From: an uncultured bacterium
Lineage (GTDB): Bacteria; Chlamydiota; Chlamydiia; Chlamydiales; SM23-39
NCBI GenBank assembly: GCA_963716985.1
Contig: OY970323.1
Coordinates: forward strand, 832,001-896,000
DNA length: 64,000 nt
Direction: 5' to 3'
The notes under the pieces are model-generated. The model ran no database searches, was not told where the DNA came from, and saw nothing but the letters and a program-made list of their open reading frames with translations. The first letter of the stretch is position 1, and the number at the start of each line of letters is the position of its first letter. Positions 59,703 to 64,000 of the stretch are shown here, one piece after another. Position numbers and translations under genes: made by a program.

Positions 59703-62700
59703 CGGTTGATTTCAGCCTCTTGTTGAACGGGTAGCGCGAGGTGTAGCTCGGAAAGAATGGCTTCCACAATAGCTTTAATCGTTTGATATTTAAATAGATC
59801 AACAAGAGGGAAGTCGATATCGAATCGCTGTTGCATGAGCCCCTTCATGCGCATGAGGGTAAGAGAGTTGCCGCCGAGATCCTGAAATGCATCTTGAAGA
59901 CCTACATTCGGCGTTCCCAGAAGTTCAGCCCAAATCTCTTGCAAGCCCCTTTCCAATTCTTGCCGCGATAAGGGCAAATGAGTTCCTACATTCGAGTCCC
60001 AATTGTTCAAAATGACAGATATTAAAGAGCTTATAGTGTCAAGTATTTGTTGAGCGCCTTTGAGTGAGAACTTCGATTCATCAAAGAGCAGTCGCACGAG
60101 GAGTTGCTGGCTCGGAAATACCATCAGCGTAAGAGGGTATTCCACTTTTTCTTTCGTCTCAATGCTCACGAGTTTTATAGCCTTGTCGTCTCCCTTCTTG
60201 TCCTCTATAGGATAGTTTTCGATGACGACAACGCTCTGAAAGAGTGGCTGTTTTCCTTGAATTGAGGCGAGAGGGACATGATGATAAGGCTGCATTCGAA
60301 TTTGTAGGTCTTGGATGTGTTTAAACCAAGAGGATAAAGGGTGTAGGCGATCTATTTTGATCCTTTGCGGAACTGTATTAATACATAGGCCTACAATGGA
60401 TTCTATTTCGGGAAGATCGAGGTTTCTTCCTGATACGGTGATCCCGAAAACGATATCTTTTTCACCTGAAAAATGACTGAGTACGAGCGCCCAAATTCCT
60501 TGCATGAAGGTGGCAATTGTAAGGCGTTCCTGAGATAACCTGCTCATGAGCGCCTGATGCATCTCCGGAGTCAGGCGAAGATCGTGTGAAAAACAGCCAT
60601 TTGCTTCCGAAAGAGTTAGATCAGGCAGAGGGGTTGGCTTTCGATGGCCTGCGAGAAATGTTTGCCAAGCTTTCACGGGGGGAAGAGAAGTCAAGGCTTT
60701 GACAAATTGTTTGAACGAGATGGCCGTAGGTAGCAATATTTGATTTCCTAGGCTCAATTGTTCATAAATCATAAACCAGTCGCGAAGAACGATCGACAGG
60801 GACCATCCATCCATAAGGATATGGTGATACGTCCAGAGAATGCGCGTTGTATTCCCTAGTTTTGCTATGTAGAATCTCATCAGCGGAGGAAATGATAAAT
60901 CAAACGGTTTAAGTCGATCTTTTTGAACCGCGGCGTCGAAATCTTCTGTCTCGATTTGGGCCCAAGGCACATCCGGCGAGGGTTCTATCACTTGTACGGG
61001 ATGTTTCAGACCCTGAGTGTGAAAGCTTGTGCGCAAGATTGGATATCTCTCTAAGATCAGGCGAAAGCTTTGCTGTAGCCGATCGAGATTTAAGTTGCTT
61101 TCTATCTGTAAAACACACTGTACCAGATATTTATCAGATGTAGGGTTAAGGAGAGAGTGGAGAAGTAGCCCTTCCTGCAACGGCGTAAGAATGTAGACAT
61201 CATCGATTCGTTTGCAGTTTTTTTGCAACTGTTCTAGATCGGTTTTTTGTAGAGCAGCAAGTGGAAAATCAGCAGGGGAAAGGCTTCTTTCGTGTAAATT
61301 TCGATGCAGATAGATCTGAAAGCGCCCTGAGAGATGAGCAATCGTCTCGTGATTATGAAGATTGGGAGAAAAGGTCCAATATACGTGGAGTTTGCGGTTC
61401 GTAACGAGGGCATTGATTTCGATCCAGTGTGTTCTTTCGGCGTTGGGATCTCGATTGCAGATGGGAGGATTGGCATCCATGCCAAACTGCGTTGCGGAGC
61501 GAACATCATCGTCCATGACCCCTAAGAAGTTGAAGAGGATTTGAGTCGCATTTTTGAATTTTTCTTGGCGCAAAAGAGAAAATGAGAGGGCGTGGTGAGA
61601 AAACTGTCTAAGTTGCTCTTGAAGAAAGTCCAAAGAAACGCCAGGCTCTGCAAAGATCGGATATATTTGCGTAAACCAGCCGATGGTATGGTAAACGTCC
61701 AACGAAGAAGGTCGGCCTTGTTGTTCCAATGCGATGCAAACCGGTTGCTGATCATTCCATTCTTGCAGCGTTTGAATTAAAACCATCGTAAGAAAATCAT
61801 CTAGGCGTTGATGATTGGTAGAGCCGATATCGCAGATGGATTCGACTGTGACGGAATCTTTTTCTAGATTTGAGCCGTCTGAGTGATCGCAGGGAATGGG
61901 TTTTGTCGTGTGCCATGGGATAGAGTCCCAGAAGATCAATTCGTTCTGTATTGTTGGACTTTTTTTGAGCTCTTGTAAATGAAGGGACCATTCTGTGAAA
62001 GAATGGGACGAGGGCGCAGAAGAGAGGGCTTCTTTGGTTTCACATAGAATTTCAATTTCATTGAGAAGAATATGCCACGACATCTGATCCATGACGAGGT
62101 GATGTGCAATGATCAATAAATGATGTCGGTTCTCTTCCAGCCCTTCAATGAAGGTAAACCGAAATAAGGGGCCATTCTCCAAATCAAGTCGTCTGTGCTC
62201 TTCATTGATGGCTTGTGAAAGTGCTTGTTTTTTGACTTCTCGATGCGTCGAAAAAAGGGAAAGCCGAGAAATTTCGAAGGGTTTTTCTTGAGCTGTAAAT
62301 TGTTCCCACCGATCTCCCTTCTTTCTAAATCTTAGCCAGAAACAATCATGTCTTTCTGCGAGTTCATAGAGAGAACTCTCGGCAAGAGGGGTCGGTAGAG
62401 TAAATAATACCCAGTGGTTCCAATGTGCGGGATTTGGGATGGACTGTTGGAAGAACCATTGTTGAATCGGAGTTAGTGGAATTGTGTCTTGAGTAAAAGC
62501 GCGAGGCGATCGCACAGCAGGGGTGGAATTTTTAGCGGCAATTCTTTCTAAAGTCTGTTCTGTAAATACATCTTGAACGGTAAAGGAGAGCCCTTTTCGC
62601 TTTGCAAGAGAGACCATTTGTAGAGCGCGAATGGAATCTCCCCCCAGCTCAAAGAAATTGTCGGTGCGGCGTACCGCTTCTACATGAAGAAGCTGCGTCC

Positions 62701-64000
62701 AAATTTCTTGGAGAGTCTTTTCTTCGCTTGGGATTTGCACAGGCTCTGATTCGGAAGATAATTCAGGTTGGGGCAGCATATTACGAGCAATTTTCCCCCT
62801 TGCGGATAGAGGCATTTTAGAAAGAGTTACGAAAAAGCTCGGAATCATGTAACTTGGCAGACGATCTTTCAAAAATTCTTTATATGTATTAGCGTTTAGA
62901 GGTTGGTTCAATGTAATGTAGGCGCATAATTGATCGCCTCCCCGCAGATTTTTGTGTAAAACAACGACAGCTTCTTTGATATTCGGATGGGCGCGCAAAT
63001 GGATTTCGATCTCTTCCAGCTCAATGCGAAATCCTCTGAGTTTTACTTGGCTGTCAAGCCGCCCGCCAAACCGAATGGTTCCGTCCAGAAGAAACCAACC
63101 TCGGTCTCCAGTTTTATAGAGACGCGGGTGAAAGGGGGTGGAAATGAAACGTTCTTTAGTGAGTTTTGGGTCTTGCACATATTCCAAAGCAAGACCATCG
63201 CCTCCGATATAGATCTCGCCTGGCACTCCGATAGGTACGGGGTTTAGATGCCGATCTAAAACATAAACTTGCGCATTGGCGATAGGCTTTCCGATCGGGA
63301 TAGAACTGGTTTGTAGATCTTCTAGGCAAATCGGATGATAACAGCTGAACGTAGTGCCTTCGGTGGGTCCGTACCCATTGATTAGGCGGCAATTGGGATG
63401 CATGCGAATAAATTGAGCAGACTGCGCCTCAGACACGACGTCACCTCCCACCAAAAATTGACAGAGAGAAGAAAGTCTTCGCATCGCTTCGGTGTCCATG
63501 CTTTGAAATAAAGCGGCTGTCATCCACAAAGTGGAGACCTTGTGTTTCTCGATAAGAAGCCCCAATTCATCAAATCCCAAAAGACGAGCCGGAGCAATGA
63601 CCAAACGTCCCCCGTTTAAAAGGGGGCCCCAGATTTCAAACAGCGCTGCGTCGAAATTAAGAGGAGCAAATAGAAGAAATGTCTCGTTTGGTCCAAAATG
63701 AGCGTAATTTGTATTACAGACAAGGCGAGAGATGTTTCGATGAGAAATTACGACTCCTTTGGGAGTCCCGGTTGAGCCAGATGTATATAGGATGCAAGCT
63801 GCATCTGTCGCTTGTGCAGAACTTGCATATTCGAGAAGTGATGCACCCTCTTGCGCCATGTTTGCAATCGGTTCCAAAGTGTATAAAGAAACAGCCAATT
63901 TTTGAATGACCTCTAGCGGGAGATCTTTGGTAACGATCAGAGAAAGATTGGCCGAATCAGCGATGTGTCGAATGCGATCCAGAGGGTGGGCAGGATCGAT
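59699..64000 (-). CDS. NRPS (5' end outside window) ...A-T-E-C-T
   Basis: YTSGSTGTPKG; LGGDSI; HHLVMDQMSW with TIGWFT (E domain); HHILMDGWS; LGGNSL; frame open to the window edge. Confidence 0.95.
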   Translation of the reverse strand: MDPAHPLDRIRHIADSANLSLIVTKDLPLEVIQKLAVSLYTLEPIANMAQEGASLLEYASSAQATDAACILYTSGSTGTPKGVVISHRNISRLVCNTNYAHFGPNETFLLFAPLNFDAALFEIWGPLLNGGRLVIAPARLLGFDELGLLIEKHKVSTLWMTAALFQSMDTEAMRRLSSLCQFLVGGDVVSEAQSAQFIRMHPNCRLINGYGPTEGTTFSCYHPICLEDLQTSSIPIGKPIANAQVYVLDRHLNPVPIGVPGEIYIGGDGLALEYVQDPKLTKERFISTPFHPRLYKTGDRGWFLLDGTIRFGGRLDSQVKLRGFRIELEEIEIHLRAHPNIKEAVVVLHKNLRGGDQLCAYITLNQPLNANTYKEFLKDRLPSYMIPSFFVTLSKMPLSARGKIARNMLPQPELSSESEPVQIPSEEKTLQEIWTQLLHVEAVRRTDNFFELGGDSIRALQMVSLAKRKGLSFTVQDVFTEQTLERIAAKNSTPAVRSPRAFTQDTIPLTPIQQWFFQQSIPNPAHWNHWVLFTLPTPLAESSLYELAERHDCFWLRFRKKGDRWEQFTAQEKPFEISRLSLFSTHREVKKQALSQAINEEHRRLDLENGPLFRFTFIEGLEENRHHLLIIAHHLVMDQMSWHILLNEIEILCETKEALSSAPSSHSFTEWSLHLQELKKSPTIQNELIFWDSIPWHTTKPIPCDHSDGSNLEKDSVTVESICDIGSTNHQRLDDFLTMVLIQTLQEWNDQQPVCIALEQQGRPSSLDVYHTIGWFTQIYPIFAEPGVSLDFLQEQLRQFSHHALSFSLLRQEKFKNATQILFNFLGVMDDDVRSATQFGMDANPPICNRDPNAERTHWIEINALVTNRKLHVYWTFSPNLHNHETIAHLSGRFQIYLHRNLHERSLSPADFPLAALQKTDLEQLQKNCKRIDDVYILTPLQEGLLLHSLLNPTSDKYLVQCVLQIESNLNLDRLQQSFRLILERYPILRTSFHTQGLKHPVQVIEPSPDVPWAQIETEDFDAAVQKDRLKPFDLSFPPLMRFYIAKLGNTTRILWTYHHILMDGWSLSIVLRDWFMIYEQLSLGNQILLPTAISFKQFVKALTSLPPVKAWQTFLAGHRKPTPLPDLTLSEANGCFSHDLRLTPEMHQALMSRLSQERLTIATFMQGIWALVLSHFSGEKDIVFGITVSGRNLDLPEIESIVGLCINTVPQRIKIDRLHPLSSWFKHIQDLQIRMQPYHHVPLASIQGKQPLFQSVVVIENYPIEDKKGDDKAIKLVSIETKEKVEYPLTLMVFPSQQLLVRLLFDESKFSLKGAQQILDTISSLISVILNNWDSNVGTHLPLSRQELERGLQEIWAELLGTPNVGLQDAFQDLGGNSLTLMRMKGLMQQRFDIDFPLVDLFKYQTIKAIVEAILSELHLALPVQQEAEINR

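Noticed and set aside
51420..63909. Numerous short plus-strand and alternate-frame ORFs within the NRPS/PKS genes
   Set aside because: Antisense or frame shadows with no motifs or RBS support

Overview
This is an accessory, mosaic 64-kb region of a bacterial genome. An environmental Chlamydiota-like host is inferred from gene families (DUF2608, DUF687-like hydrolase) but not proven. (1) 1-14.9 kb is a mostly minus-strand detoxification/hydrolase cluster: TetA-like MFS, AAC(6')-like, ANT(6)-like, VOC, two beta-lactamase-fold serine hydrolases, S9 peptidase, MerR/TipAS regulator and a BAAT thioesterase. (2) 15-26.7 kb holds phage remnants, two AAA_14/DUF4143 ATPases and an IS graveyard: a truncated IS21, and an IS110 containing an IS66 that has a tnpA-bearing left end at BOTH termini and itself carries a 96-bp MITE. 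(3) Three 3'-half copies of a tRNA(CAT) at 26784, 31231 and 48376, each with integrase arm-type repeats, delimit tandemly accreted islands. These islands carry lysozyme-like/DUF3892 genes with secreted partners, Bro-N, an AEP-primase/helicase/DUF559 fusion, RloA/RloB, a phosphoesterase, an integrase-excisionase module and IS66-like, IS4(IS50) and IS200 elements. (4) 48.6-64 kb is the 3' part of a hybrid NRPS/PKS cluster (A-T-E-C-T; KS-ACP; acyl-CoA ligase; C-A(MT)-T-R) whose tailoring methyltransferase is split by IS1634. No intact tRNA, rRNA or CRISPR array was seen. All family calls come from motif recognition by eye, not from database searches.
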